This document shows, in pieces, positions 1-9,837 of a stretch of 52,543 nt of DNA. The stretch is taken from IMG/VR virus record IMGVR_UViG_3300033145_003423, positions 1 to 52,543 of that record, one strand, 5' to 3'. The position numbers and the translations under genes were made by a program. Source of the DNA: a virus. Taxonomy: Duplodnaviria; Caudoviricetes. The notes below the pieces were generated by a model, which was not told where the DNA came from, ran no database searches, and was given only the letters and a program-made list of their open reading frames with translations. The stretch's first letter is position 1, and every line of letters starts with the position of its first letter.

Positions 1-861
1 ATGAGTAAAGATGCTTTTTATTTCTCACACGATGCAAATGCAAGAAACGACCCCAAGATATTAGCCATGCGAAGTATTTGTGGCTCTGAAGGTTACGGCT
101 GGTACTGGATGCTAATTGAACTTATGCGAGAGCAAGAGAATTATTGCCTATCTATAGCTGGCAAATACGATTACAATGCGATTGCCATGCAATTGCAATG
201 CGAACCGGATGCTATCAAAACTTTTATTACAGATTGCATCAATGAATTTCATTTATACGAAACAGACGGGCAATTATTTTGGAGTGATTCTCTGTTAAGA
301 CGTATGGGGAAGATGAATAAACTTCGTGATAAACGAAAATTAGCGGCTCACAAAGGTGCGGAAGCACGGTGGTCTGATGCCAAACGCATGCCAAACGCAT
401 GCCAAACGGATGCGATTGATATGCCAAAACATGCCAAAGAAAAGAAAACTAAAGAAAAGAAAATAGAAACTAAATCAAACAAAATAACAGATGAACACAT
501 CTCTATCTTCAACCATTGGAACCAACAAGAAATAATAATACATAAAAACCTAACCGAAGAAATCAAAAAAGCAATAGAAGCTGCTCTCAAAAAACATTCA
601 CTTGAAGAGATTCTCCAATCAATCGCAAACTTCTCAACCGCTTACAAAAATGAAAAATACGAAATGTGTAGTTACAAATGGGGTTTGGTTACGTTCTTGA
701 AACAAAAGAACGCCCTGCCCCATTTTCTTGATGACGGAGAAAAGTGGCTGAGTTATTTGGATTGGCAGAAGAAGAAGCCCGCACAACAACCCAAAAAGCA
801 GAAGTGTGAGACAACCGGGCAGGAGTACGAGCTGTTCGATGCGAGGGGAGAAAGGGGTTGA
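1..861 (+). CDS. DUF4373/Lin1244-like phage replication initiator
   Basis: N-terminal YFSHDxNARNDPKI...GxEGYGWYWMLIE motif, internal 11-bp repeats and Lys-rich linker typical of phage initiators. Confidence 0.75.
   Translation: MSKDAFYFSHDANARNDPKILAMRSICGSEGYGWYWMLIELMREQENYCLSIAGKYDYNAIAMQLQCEPDAIKTFITDCINEFHLYETDGQLFWSDSLLRRMGKMNKLRDKRKLAAHKGAEARWSDAKRMPNACQTDAIDMPKHAKEKKTKEKKIETKSNKITDEHISIFNHWNQQEIIIHKNLTEEIKKAIEAALKKHSLEEILQSIANFSTAYKNEKYEMCSYKWGLVTFLKQKNALPHFLDDGEKWLSYLDWQKKKPAQQPKKQKCETTGQEYELFDARGERG
377..438 (+). repeat. Iteron-like 11-bp repeats (ATGCCAAACGC), putative replication origin
   Basis: ATGCCAAACGC at 377 and 388, ATGCCAAACGG at 399, degenerate copies at 410, 421, 431, followed by an A-rich tract. 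Confidence 0.6.
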
Positions 862-2138
862 TAGAGATAAGACAACAAGCAATGTTTAACGAACTAATAA
901 TAGATTCCTTCGCTGGTGGTGGCGGTGCAAGCACTGGCATTCATCTAGCCATAGGCCGGTCGGTTGACATCGCAATCAATCACGACCCGGCGGCAATAGC
1001 CATGCATAAAGTTAATCATCCAAATACAAAACATTTTTGCGAATCAGTTTGGGATGTAGACCCGCGAGAAGTTACGCAAGGGCAACCAGTGGGATTGATG
1101 TGGCTATCCCCGGACTGCTCTCATTTTTCAAAGGCAAAAGGTGGCAAGCCGGTAAAAAAGAATATCAGAGGGCTTGCATGGATAGCAGTAAAATGGGCAG
1201 CTACAGTCAGACCCAGATTAATCATATTGGAGAATGTAGAAGAATTTAAAACATGGGGGCCGCTTACAAAAGAGGGTTATCCGGACATAGACCAAAAAGG
1301 CCGCACATTCGATTCTTTTGTAAATGCACTTAAACGACATGGATATCAAGTAGATTACAGAGAACTTCGGGCTTGCGATTATGGAGCCCCTACGAGCCGC
1401 AAAAGGTTTTTTATGGTTGCTAGATGTGATGGCCAGCCTATTGCGTGGCCAGAAACCACCCACGGCGACCCTAAAAGCCTAGAAGTTATAAGCGGAAAGC
1501 TGAAACCGTGGAGGACAGCAGCAGAAATCATAGATTGGTCAATACCCTGTCCATCAATCTTTGAGAGGAAAAAACCTTTGGTCGAAAACACCATGAAGCG
1601 AATAGCGCGAGGAATACAAAAGTTTGTAATAGACACCCCGAATCCGTTTATTGTTCCGCAAACTAACCAGTCAAACAAAAGCGACAATTCCCAACTGGTT
1701 GCTGCATTCCTAACTCAATACCACAGTTACGAGGGGGACGGAGCCAGAGGACAAACGCTGGATAGACCGCTTTTAACACTAGATACATCTAACAGATATG
1801 CATTAGTTCAAGCCTTCTTAATCGCTTATTACGGGACATCCAGAGGCAGTAAATGTAATGAACCGCTACAAACAGTGGTGTCAAAAGACCGATTCGGCTT
1901 AATTACGATTCACAATCAAGACTACAGAATAGTGGATATTGGCATGAGAATGCTGGCACCGCGCGAGCTGTTTAACGCACAAGGATTTCCTGTCGATTAC
2001 ATAATTGATGTAGATTCTAAAGGCAAACGGTATCCAAAGACCGCGCAGGTGGCCAGATGTGGCAATGCAGTACCACCTCCCTTTGCTGAAGCATTAGTTA
2101 GGGCTAATCTGCCAGAACTTTGTAGTGTAGCGGCGTAA
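858..2138 (+). CDS. DNA (cytosine-5) methyltransferase
   Basis: Motifs FAGGGG (I), SPDC (IV), ENV (VI), RKR (VIII), GNAV (X). Confidence 0.93.
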   Translation: MIEIRQQAMFNELIIDSFAGGGGASTGIHLAIGRSVDIAINHDPAAIAMHKVNHPNTKHFCESVWDVDPREVTQGQPVGLMWLSPDCSHFSKAKGGKPVKKNIRGLAWIAVKWAATVRPRLIILENVEEFKTWGPLTKEGYPDIDQKGRTFDSFVNALKRHGYQVDYRELRACDYGAPTSRKRFFMVARCDGQPIAWPETTHGDPKSLEVISGKLKPWRTAAEIIDWSIPCPSIFERKKPLVENTMKRIARGIQKFVIDTPNPFIVPQTNQSNKSDNSQLVAAFLTQYHSYEGDGARGQTLDRPLLTLDTSNRYALVQAFLIAYYGTSRGSKCNEPLQTVVSKDRFGLITIHNQDYRIVDIGMRMLAPRELFNAQGFPVDYIIDVDSKGKRYPKTAQVARCGNAVPPPFAEALVRANLPELCSVAA

Positions 2139-2156
2139 TTTTAAGGAGGACAGCCA

Positions 2157-2669
2157 ATGAATATAATAAACCAAATACCCCCATACAACGACAGGAATGA
2201 CAACATCCAGGGCTTCCAGCTTTGGTTGAGAGACCTCGCTGAGTGTCACAGCGAAGGAATCTCCGAGAGGTATCAAAAAAGAGCGCAGGAAGCATGGGAG
2301 GCGGCACATAAGATTATTGCCAGAGGTAAGGAACACAAAAGTCCTGTAAAATTAGATTTTTGTGAAGATAAAGAATACACTCGCATCTGCCCTGAATGCG
2401 GCACGGAATTCACCACGAACCGATCTAATCAAAAATACTGCAAAAGCAAATGTACAGTAGAACACTGTACCAGAGTGTATCGAGAGAAAAACAAAAAGCC
2501 GCCGAAGCAACCTGTGAAGAAAATCTGTGCTAATCCTGCATGTGGAATGGAATTCGAGACTGCCGATGCAAGGCAGAAATATCATAGCACTGAGTGCCGG
2601 AAAGTCAACACAGCTAGAAAGATGCGGGAAAGAAAGCGGAAGAAAAAGGAGATGGTCACTTGTCAATAA
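2157..2669 (+). CDS. Hypothetical protein with two Cys-rich Zn-binding repeats
   Basis: CPECGxEF...KYCxxxC and CANPACGxEF...KYHSxEC; basic C-terminus; RBS AAGGAGG. Confidence 0.6.
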   Translation: MNIINQIPPYNDRNDNIQGFQLWLRDLAECHSEGISERYQKRAQEAWEAAHKIIARGKEHKSPVKLDFCEDKEYTRICPECGTEFTTNRSNQKYCKSKCTVEHCTRVYREKNKKPPKQPVKKICANPACGMEFETADARQKYHSTECRKVNTARKMRERKRKKKEMVTCQ

Positions 2670-3202
2670 CAATCGGGATAGACCCATCATACACAGGAAC
2701 AGGCATTATAGCACTTGATACCGACACCGGCAATCTGAAAGATCAACTGGTAATCAGTACAACAACCAAATATACCGAAATAGAACGAGTGAGACAGATA
2801 TGGAAAGAAATATCTGCCTTTTTAGTTGAACCGATTGACGCAGTAGTCATTGAAGGATTAGCTTTCGCTAAAAAAAATAAGGCTCACCAGATGGGATACC
2901 TGCACTACAGGTTGAGAGAATACCTTGAAGCCAGCAAGACCAATCCTTTAATCGTAATTCCACCCCCTAGTCAACTGAAGAAGTTCGTAACCGGTACAGG
3001 AAATGCGGGTAAAGAAATAATGCTCAAAGAGGTTTATAAACGATGGGGATTCGACGCCAATGACAATAATTTAGCGGATGCGTACGGATTAGCTTGCATA
3101 GGTAGGGGTTACGTAGGGGCAGAGCCAAAGCTGATTAAATGCCAACAGGAAGTGATTGCGGTGATGAAGGGCGAAAAGGTGAAGAAAACTAGGAAGAAGT
3201 AA
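2660..3202 (+). CDS. ruvC: RuvC-like Holliday junction resolvase
   Basis: IGIDPSYTGTG, VVIEG, KKFVTGTGNAGK, NxADA catalytic motifs. Confidence 0.85.
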   Translation: MSITIGIDPSYTGTGIIALDTDTGNLKDQLVISTTTKYTEIERVRQIWKEISAFLVEPIDAVVIEGLAFAKKNKAHQMGYLHYRLREYLEASKTNPLIVIPPPSQLKKFVTGTGNAGKEIMLKEVYKRWGFDANDNNLADAYGLACIGRGYVGAEPKLIKCQQEVIAVMKGEKVKKTRKK

Positions 3203-3212
3203 GGGGGCTAGT

Positions 3213-3590
3213 ATGAGTTTTTGGAAAAGCAGAGAACATAAAGCCCGAAAAGTCCACAAATGCCTTTATTGCGGAAGAACGATAGAGGTTGGCGAGATTT
3301 ACGACAGGGAAACAGGTGTGTTCGAGGGTGATTTTAACGACTATTGTTTGTGCCTTAGATGCCTATTTTTGGTGGATAAATATGAACGCAATGGAGACGA
3401 GTTGGGCAATTTTTACGACACGCTTCTTGAGCAATATTTAATGCCTTGCCCTTCTTGCGATTCAATTAACTTGCGAACTCATAACTTTTCAAAAGATAAA
3501 ATGTCGTGCGAATGCGAGTGCGGCAGTTGTGGGGAGAAATGGACTGCTGATTTAAGCATAGAAGGGATAAAGAAGAGATTGGAGGACTAA
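3213..3590 (+). CDS. Zn-binding phage hypothetical protein
   Basis: KARKxHKCxxCGxxIxxGExY motif plus further CxxC pairs. Confidence 0.6.
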   Translation: MSFWKSREHKARKVHKCLYCGRTIEVGEIYDRETGVFEGDFNDYCLCLRCLFLVDKYERNGDELGNFYDTLLEQYLMPCPSCDSINLRTHNFSKDKMSCECECGSCGEKWTADLSIEGIKKRLED

Positions 3591-3591
3591 T

Positions 3592-4035
3592 ATGAACATA
3601 AACGAAATGCCAGCAGGCTATGAAATGGATGCGATGATAGCGGAGATGGAAGGATATAAAGCTTACGAAGAAAAACGCGGAGAATGGAATTTAGCCGTAA
3701 TACAAAAACCAGGGGAACGCGAGCCCTGGAAAAGCGGGAGAATGGAATACTGGGAATCAGCAAGCAAACGGTACACTAAAATAACCTGTGTCGAAGCCAG
3801 TAGAATAGGTTTTTATGGAGTCGGTTTTCCACGCTACTCCACAAACATAGCAGATGCGTGGCCCCTGGTCGAAAAGCTCAGGATGTGGTTATTTCCTACT
3901 TGCGATGTAGATAAAACATACGAATGGACTGTCGTAATTGATGGTGAGTCCTGGGAAGATAGAATTTGCGCCGAAACAGCACCCCTTGCAATTTGTAGAT
4001 GCGCATTGAAGAGATGGGAGGCAGAGAAGATATGA
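3592..4035 (+). CDS. BC1872-like / phage ABA sandwich domain protein
   Basis: PRYSTNIADAWxLVEK and AETAPLAICRxAL motifs. Confidence 0.65.
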   Translation: MNINEMPAGYEMDAMIAEMEGYKAYEEKRGEWNLAVIQKPGEREPWKSGRMEYWESASKRYTKITCVEASRIGFYGVGFPRYSTNIADAWPLVEKLRMWLFPTCDVDKTYEWTVVIDGESWEDRICAETAPLAICRCALKRWEAEKI

Positions 4036-4451
4036 CAGCTGGTAAATTACCCGACAATATAATCCCAATTGATATTTTGAGAATAGAACGCAACCAGCAT
4101 AAAAAATGCACATGCATCAAACCTAAATACACAATTGATGTCTCTCTGAGAGAAGTGCATTGCAAGAGATGCGGGGCAAAAGTAGAGCCCTTTGATGCCT
4201 TAACGGAAATAGCTAGGGATATTGAAAGATGGAATAGCGAAATAGAGAGAATGTTAAAGCAAAGGCAGGAATTAGCAGACTGGAAGCCGTGGTTAATAGC
4301 TTTAAGAAGGGTAGAAAAGACTTACAGAGGCGGAAAAATGATTCCTTCCTGCCCTCATTGCGGCAGGGGCATACTGGCAGAAGAATTAGCTGATGATTGT
4401 TCGGTATATAAAGATAGGGAGTTGGAACGAAGGAAGTTCGAGAGAAGGTGA
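4032..4451 (+). CDS. Conserved phage Zn-finger hypothetical protein
   Basis: CxC, CKRCGAxVxPFDAL, CPHC; ATG at 4032 overlaps upstream stop. Confidence 0.6.
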   Translation: MTAGKLPDNIIPIDILRIERNQHKKCTCIKPKYTIDVSLREVHCKRCGAKVEPFDALTEIARDIERWNSEIERMLKQRQELADWKPWLIALRRVEKTYRGGKMIPSCPHCGRGILAEELADDCSVYKDRELERRKFERR

Positions 4452-4457
4452 CACCCG

Positions 4458-4694
4458 ATGCAACCTAAGGCGATTACATTCAACCGAGAAGGCCGAAATA
4501 TCATCGGTACCGTCTACAATTACATATTAGAACCCTCTGCTGGTGGAAGATACAAACACCAGCTTATTTATTTTGTGAAAGATTCGGATGGTAAGCGGTA
4601 CAGGGTGCCGAAGGTTGACGTAATAACAATGGGGAAACTCAAAACCAAAAAGAGCAAGAAATCTAAGAAGAAAAAGACAGCGCAAAGAAGGTGA
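4458..4694 (+). CDS. Hypothetical protein, basic tail
   Basis: ORF with RBS in tightly packed operon. Confidence 0.5.
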   Translation: MQPKAITFNREGRNIIGTVYNYILEPSAGGRYKHQLIYFVKDSDGKRYRVPKVDVITMGKLKTKKSKKSKKKKTAQRR

Positions 4695-4698
4695 TTAA

Positions 4699-4998
4699 AT
4701 GTCACTAGCCGATGAATGTAACACCCTCAGCGATAAAATCCTGGCCCTAGAACAAGAGAACGAAACCAATGAAATAATCATAGCCCAGCAAAGAGAAATC
4801 ATCGCAGAGCTAAAATCTAAGCCCAATGAGAGTACGTATTTGTTACAGATAGCGGACGAGATTAGGAAGATAAGACCCACGCTGATGACCTACTATGATA
4901 GGTTGCCTGATTATTTGCAGAATATATTGAGATTGCACGACCTATGGGGGAAAGAAAGGGGTGAAAGCGATGTTAGCGAAAATGAGACAGTTCTTTAA
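4699..4998 (+). CDS. Hypothetical coiled-coil protein
   Basis: ORF with RBS AAGGTG. Confidence 0.5.
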   Translation: MSLADECNTLSDKILALEQENETNEIIIAQQREIIAELKSKPNESTYLLQIADEIRKIRPTLMTYYDRLPDYLQNILRLHDLWGKERGESDVSENETVL

Positions 4999-5200
4999 GC
5001 TAGAAGTGCCCGAGCCTGAAATAGACCCAAAAGAACAACTGTTGTCGGAACTTCAGCAGGCGTGGCGTGAATGGGTAGTGGCACAGCAGAGGATTAATAA
5101 CGCCGAGCCGGAGTTTGTTGAGGCCGCTGTACTTGGGTTGCTTGCGGCTGAAAAGAGATATGGGGCATTGTTGCGGAGATATAAGGAATTGGAGGGCTGA
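4961..5200 (+). CDS. YaaL/DUF2508-like protein
   Basis: AxREWxxAxxxxNxAEPEFVEAAVxxLxAAEKRYxxLLR pattern. Confidence 0.65.
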   Translation: MKAMLAKMRQFFKLEVPEPEIDPKEQLLSELQQAWREWVVAQQRINNAEPEFVEAAVLGLLAAEKRYGALLRRYKELEG

Positions 5201-5202
5201 AA

Positions 5203-5373
5203 ATGTGGGGTAAAATCAGTGACGATACTATTTTCACTTGCTCAAATTGTGGTTTCAAGATTAATCCTTACGCGTACTATGACGTGATGGGGCTTAGTCC
5301 GGAGCAAATGTTTAGCAGAATGCCTGTGTGCCCAAAGTGCGGTCATTGGGCATGGATGAACGGAGGTTATTGA
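5203..5373 (+). CDS. 56-aa Zn-ribbon protein (not in ORF track)
   Basis: MWGKISDDTIFTCSNCG...CPKCGHWAWMNGGY; RBS GGAGG; fills the gap between neighbours. Confidence 0.6.
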   Translation: MWGKISDDTIFTCSNCGFKINPYAYYDVMGLSPEQMFSRMPVCPKCGHWAWMNGGY

Positions 5374-5374
5374 T

Positions 5375-5614
5375 TTGAAAATGATGGATTTAGACCTTGA
5401 TAAGCTGGAGGAACTTTGCGAGAAAGCCAAGACCATCCCTGAAGTTTTTGTATTAAGCATTGTCCTGTCTGAGCTAATCGAACGGGTGCGGAAGGCGGAG
5501 AAATTGGCGGAGGCATGTAAGGGATTACAGAAGGTCGTGGGAGCAGGTGCCTGGGCGCGTTATGATGCTTGGAAAAAGTTCACACAAGCCCTAGCAGAAT
5601 GGGAGGGACAGTAG
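5375..5614 (+). CDS. Hypothetical protein
   Basis: ORF in operon. Confidence 0.5.
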   Translation: MKMMDLDLDKLEELCEKAKTIPEVFVLSIVLSELIERVRKAEKLAEACKGLQKVVGAGAWARYDAWKKFTQALAEWEGQ

Positions 5615-6100
5615 ATGGACAAAAAAGAAATTTTAATTTCAAGTGATGATCAACCAAGAGTTATCCAGCTATTGCTAAAACTGCAAACCGAACTAAAAAT
5701 CGAGCGAGAAGCCCGGGAGCAGGCTGAGGCTGATTGTGTAAATATGTTCAGCACTCTTAAAAACATTAAAGAAATTATGGATGAATCTGAAGGAATAGCT
5801 GGTTGGCATTTAAACGGAGATATAAGTCCTTGGGAAGAGGGGTTATTTCAAGATGTTGCAAAGTCTTTATCTGGTGAGGGTAGCAAACTGGATAAAGCTG
5901 ACCAGTATATAGTGCGACTTGAAACGGAGTTGGAAAACTACAAGCGGGCGCTGGAGTTAGCGTGTCAATACGCGGTAGACCCCGAATCAGTGATGCATGA
6001 GTTCCTCGCCCAAGCCCGAGAGATGGGGCAGGATGGTTGGGAGGTAAAGCCAATGAGGCCGGGAACGGGTTTATATCCCCAGGACAGGGGGCAGGAGTAA
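5615..6100 (+). CDS. Hypothetical phage protein
   Basis: Contains ESxGIAGWHLNGDIxPW motif seen in phage proteins. Confidence 0.55.
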   Translation: MDKKEILISSDDQPRVIQLLLKLQTELKIEREAREQAEADCVNMFSTLKNIKEIMDESEGIAGWHLNGDISPWEEGLFQDVAKSLSGEGSKLDKADQYIVRLETELENYKRALELACQYAVDPESVMHEFLAQAREMGQDGWEVKPMRPGTGLYPQDRGQE

Positions 6101-6309
6101 TGGGAAAGACTGAGCGTGTTTTAAGGTTTTATTTATATCAAATATTTATATTATTTCCTCTAGTAAGGGGCGGACAAATTGCAATAACTGCCGAAACTAC
6201 CATAGGTTATATAAATGGTGTGCTTTTAATAATAGGTGGAACGCTTGTGACGATAGCGGTGTGTAGTGAAGCGGTGCGTTATAAAGCAATCCAAAGGGGG
6301 CAGGAGTGA
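6100..6309 (+). CDS. Small membrane protein
   Basis: Two hydrophobic segments; ATG at 6100 after GGAG. Confidence 0.5.
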   Translation: MGKTERVLRFYLYQIFILFPLVRGGQIAITAETTIGYINGVLLIIGGTLVTIAVCSEAVRYKAIQRGQE

Positions 6310-6354
6310 TGAACATAATGTTTATGTTGCGACAGAGAAAGAAGGTGCACGAAA

Positions 6355-6753
6355 ATGTTAAGTATTGAAGATACAGTTGGGTGTTATGAGAACTGCCCAC
6401 GTAAAGAACAATTTGTAGATATGGCACGGGAAAGTATTACTCTTGAAGAAGTTGAAAAACTATACAGGTTTTTACAGGGTGAAATTCCTAAAGGATTCGA
6501 TATTAAGGCAATGCCAAATCTATCGCCTGACCAAGCTTTCTCTGTAATATATTACCTTCAGGAAGGGCTAAGGATATTACCAGATAAATACGAGAAATGC
6601 TGTGTAGATGGATGTAACACTTTGTATGATTCGGACTCAGAGGGCTGTCTGGCAATGCTTTGTGAGAGTTGCTATGAAAATATGTGCCCTCATTGTGGAG
6701 ACGGCATTGAGTGTGTAGATTGCGAATTGTACAAAAAGGTACACGGTGATTAG
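6355..6753 (+). CDS. Cys-rich hypothetical protein
   Basis: Multiple CxxC at C-terminus. Confidence 0.55.
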   Translation: MLSIEDTVGCYENCPRKEQFVDMARESITLEEVEKLYRFLQGEIPKGFDIKAMPNLSPDQAFSVIYYLQEGLRILPDKYEKCCVDGCNTLYDSDSEGCLAMLCESCYENMCPHCGDGIECVDCELYKKVHGD

Positions 6754-6791
6754 TGTGTTGCAGTACAACGATTTAGCGAAGGAGTGAGAAG

Positions 6792-6950
6792 TTGAAGGAA
6801 TATAAAGAGGTACAAATTATAAAACATGCATTAATGAATTATATCAAAAGACCAGGGGCTACTGATAAGGAAATCAAGCAAGAAAAACAATTGTTACAGG
6901 ATTATACCGAAAGAGCAGAGAGATTTAAACAAAGGTATGGGATTAAATGA
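6792..6950 (+). CDS. 52-aa hypothetical protein (not in ORF track)
   Basis: TTG start after AAGGAG; open to TGA at 6948. Confidence 0.5.
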   Translation: MKEYKEVQIIKHALMNYIKRPGATDKEIKQEKQLLQDYTERAERFKQRYGIK

Positions 6951-6984
6951 TTATACAACGATTAAACGACAGAGGAGGTAGACA

Positions 6985-7425
6985 ATGCCAAAATACCTAA
7001 ACGCCGATAAACGAGAAGGCATATATTGGGCATGTGCAACAAAAGGCTTTTTCATGGATAAACAACAATACTATACAGGCAAACCACTGACTTGGCTCAA
7101 CTCCATTATGTTGAGCCTTGATTGTTTTATAGTCGCAAACTTGAAAAACATAAGCCCAGACGAGGACCGAGCGATAAGAAACACAATTAAGCGAGTAACG
7201 CCTTCAATTGTAGTAAGTAGGGTTGTCACGAGCGATAGAAAGCCGGTGCAAGTTGATGCTGAGATCGTTGACGATTTAGCGGAATTCTCCTTAGAGAATT
7301 GCAAGAACTGTAAAGAGAATCCGAATGAGTGTAAGCTCAGGAAAACGCTGTTGGAGTTGGGAATACCGCCTTATGTAGAAGAAGGCCCATGCCCTTATTG
7401 GCAGGGAGGGAGTGAGGAAGCATGA
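6985..7425 (+). CDS. DUF5651-like phage protein
   Basis: YLN start, C-terminal CxxC...CxL...L...GIP...CPY. Confidence 0.6.
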   Translation: MPKYLNADKREGIYWACATKGFFMDKQQYYTGKPLTWLNSIMLSLDCFIVANLKNISPDEDRAIRNTIKRVTPSIVVSRVVTSDRKPVQVDAEIVDDLAEFSLENCKNCKENPNECKLRKTLLELGIPPYVEEGPCPYWQGGSEEA

Positions 7426-7592
7426 AGATAATAGGGTGGATATGCTTTGCTTTGAGTGTTATAGCACTTGTTGATGCAATTACACGTGGTGATTATGGTC
7501 CCGGCGTGAGATTATTTGCTGTTTTCGCTCAGGGTTTGTTTGTTTTTTACATTGGTTGGACGCTATTAGGGTTAGGAGGGAAAATCATATGA
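7422..7592 (+). CDS. 56-aa two-helix membrane protein (not in ORF track)
   Basis: MKIIGWICFALSVIALVDA...LFVFYIGWTLLGLGG; ATGA overlap with upstream gene. Confidence 0.5.
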   Translation: MKIIGWICFALSVIALVDAITRGDYGPGVRLFAVFAQGLFVFYIGWTLLGLGGKII

Positions 7593-7625
7593 ATACCATA
7601 CGTTTAGTAGCAAGGAGGATGCATC

Positions 7626-7943
7626 ATGTGGCGAAAAATAATCGGCTTACCCAAAGTAAATATTAAACCCGAATGGACGATTGAGGGGCAGATTCTGAAA
7701 ATGGTTGAAGAAATTGGCGAGGTTAGTCAAGCGGTCGTTAAGAAGGGAGATTTAAGGGAAGCAGGTAAAGAAACTATTGACGTAGCACAGACCGCAGTAA
7801 CTTTACTAGCGATGCTTGAAAAACAAGGCGTGGACATTGACCAATGCCTAATGGAGCATATCACGAAACTGCATTACAAGGGGTATGTAACAGACAAACG
7901 CATTCCCGTGGTAACTGGTATAGAAAGGGTGGATGACCGATGA
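7626..7943 (+). CDS. MazG-like NTP pyrophosphohydrolase
   Basis: KxxEExGEV...ExxDV motif. Confidence 0.8.
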   Translation: MWRKIIGLPKVNIKPEWTIEGQILKMVEEIGEVSQAVVKKGDLREAGKETIDVAQTAVTLLAMLEKQGVDIDQCLMEHITKLHYKGYVTDKRIPVVTGIERVDDR

Positions 7944-8662
7944 AAGAGACTCCAATTATTTTTAACACCGAAATGGTGAGAGCGATACTAGACGGGCGCA
8001 AGACTATGACGAGACGGATTGTTAAGCCACAACCTAAATTATTCTATACTCTTGGTGAAACAAGTGACCCCATTAATCCTGAAAAAACTGCTTTTAAGGT
8101 TATGGATAAAGGTGGTAGAGACTATTTAATGTTACCACCCTATCAGCCCGGAGACAGGTTGTGGGTGAAAGAGACTTGGGCAGTAAAGATTACAGGTGAT
8201 TCCGAGGACCCCGGTTTTAGCTTTACATACAAATCCAGACCAGAAGATTATATATGGAATGTATATCCAACAGATGATGATAGGTTTGAATTGATTAACA
8301 AATACGCAGATAAAAACGGTTGGCAATCGTCGTTATTTATGCCCCGAGAAGCCGCAAGACTAACACTCGATGTAATCAGCGTGCGGACTGAGAGGTTGCA
8401 GGATATAACAGACGCTGATTGTTGGGCGGAAGGCATAGACGATGACGTTCCATTCGGCACAGCAGAAACAAAATTTGCCGACTTCTGGGACTCCAGCTAT
8501 GCCGCACCCAAACCCGTAGAGAAAAACGGTATCATAACACACTACGAGTCCTATCCGTGGGAGGATATACAAGAAACACGCATGCACCTTGGCTTGCCGT
8601 GGATAGTGTGCGGCAATCCTTATATTTGGCGGGTAGAATATGACCCGAGATTGGAGGTCTAA
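7940..8662 (+). CDS. Conserved phage protein (ASCH/PUA-like)
   Basis: PIIFNxEMVRAILDGRKTxTRR, GDRLWVKET, ERLQDIT, NPxIW. Confidence 0.7.
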   Translation: MKETPIIFNTEMVRAILDGRKTMTRRIVKPQPKLFYTLGETSDPINPEKTAFKVMDKGGRDYLMLPPYQPGDRLWVKETWAVKITGDSEDPGFSFTYKSRPEDYIWNVYPTDDDRFELINKYADKNGWQSSLFMPREAARLTLDVISVRTERLQDITDADCWAEGIDDDVPFGTAETKFADFWDSSYAAPKPVEKNGIITHYESYPWEDIQETRMHLGLPWIVCGNPYIWRVEYDPRLEV

Positions 8663-8663
8663 C

Positions 8664-8897
8664 ATGCCTAAAATAAAGCCCTACAACAAACTCCTGCTCG
8701 ACACGGAGTTAGGAGAAGATGCCATACTCACAATTGATTATCTGGACTGGGATGTGGCCAAAATGACATTCCGGGACATGCTGATAAACCACGAACACAT
8801 GATAAGGGCCGCCGACAAGGTGGTCCTTTCTTCGTCTGACATTGGCGAGTGGAAATACAACCATGACAGCAAGAAATGGGAGAGGCGGCGAATATGA
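8664..8897 (+). CDS. Hypothetical protein
   Basis: ATG at 8664 after GGAGG. Confidence 0.5.
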   Translation: MPKIKPYNKLLLDTELGEDAILTIDYLDWDVAKMTFRDMLINHEHMIRAADKVVLSSSDIGEWKYNHDSKKWERRRI

Positions 8898-9382
8898 AAA
8901 ATTGGTTTAGAGCAACAGAATGGTATCTGTTCAACTTCTCTCAGTTCCCGGCTATGGCGGCCGCACGCCGAGCAAGAGTCGAGGATATAAGGGAAGGCTA
9001 CATTCCTTCACTAATCCCCGTATATGAACTACGAGAAGGACAACGAGGGAATACGGTATCGTCCCCTGTGGAAAAAGCCGCAATAAAGATAGCAGACGAT
9101 GAAGAGATTAAGCTGCTTGAAAAAGAGATACGCTTTTACGACAGGTGGTATCCTGCAGTCAGGCAACTTGTAGACAAAAGAACGCCGTTTGTTAAGAAGT
9201 TTATTGCAATAGTGTACATAGAACAAACCCCGCCTGCTCTTGCATGGGAGAAGTTAGGATATGAAAAGTCACAGTTTTACAGGGAAAAACAAAAAATAGT
9301 GCGGCAGTTGGCGATAGAGTTGGGATTTCTGCATGATGTGCAGGGGCGGTTGGATTATGGAGAGAGTGAGAAGGAGGAATAA
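8894..9382 (+). CDS. RinA/ArpU-like late transcriptional activator
   Basis: SSPVEKAAIKI motif and C-terminal HTH (LGYEKSQFYR...LAxELG). Confidence 0.6.
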   Translation: MKNWFRATEWYLFNFSQFPAMAAARRARVEDIREGYIPSLIPVYELREGQRGNTVSSPVEKAAIKIADDEEIKLLEKEIRFYDRWYPAVRQLVDKRTPFVKKFIAIVYIEQTPPALAWEKLGYEKSQFYREKQKIVRQLAIELGFLHDVQGRLDYGESEKEE

Positions 9383-9384
9383 TT

Positions 9385-9780
9385 ATGCCATATTTAAACG
9401 ATTGTAAAATAATGGGACATGCCGGAAGAGAGGCCGAACTATCGTATTCGCAAAATGGTGTTGCAATTTGCAAGTTCTCCATCGCAGTAAGTAGGGGAAA
9501 AGATAAAGAGACCGATTGGTTTAACGTAACATGCTTCAATAAAACCGCTGAAATTGCCGCAGAGAATGTGCAGAAAGGCTCGCTTGTGTTGTGTTCAGGT
9601 TCTATGCAAAGCAACAAATATCAGGAGAAAACATACTGGAACTTCATTGCAAACCGGATTTACAATCTTGACCGCAAAGGCGAGGGGCAGAGTAAGAGCA
9701 AGGCTGATGATGAATGGGGCAAAATTGGGAAGGAAATTGATTTGAGTGATGGGGATGATTCGGAAGTAATTCCGTTTTAG
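9385..9780 (+). CDS. ssb: Single-stranded DNA-binding protein
   Basis: OB-fold motifs (FSIAV, TDWFNVTCF, KGSLV) and acidic tail ending IPF. Confidence 0.92.
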   Translation: MPYLNDCKIMGHAGREAELSYSQNGVAICKFSIAVSRGKDKETDWFNVTCFNKTAEIAAENVQKGSLVLCSGSMQSNKYQEKTYWNFIANRIYNLDRKGEGQSKSKADDEWGKIGKEIDLSDGDDSEVIPF

Positions 9781-9837
9781 TTACACCTGTGATAACAACA
9801 CACCGGGGAGTTTTGTACTCCCCTGAAAGGAGAAGCT

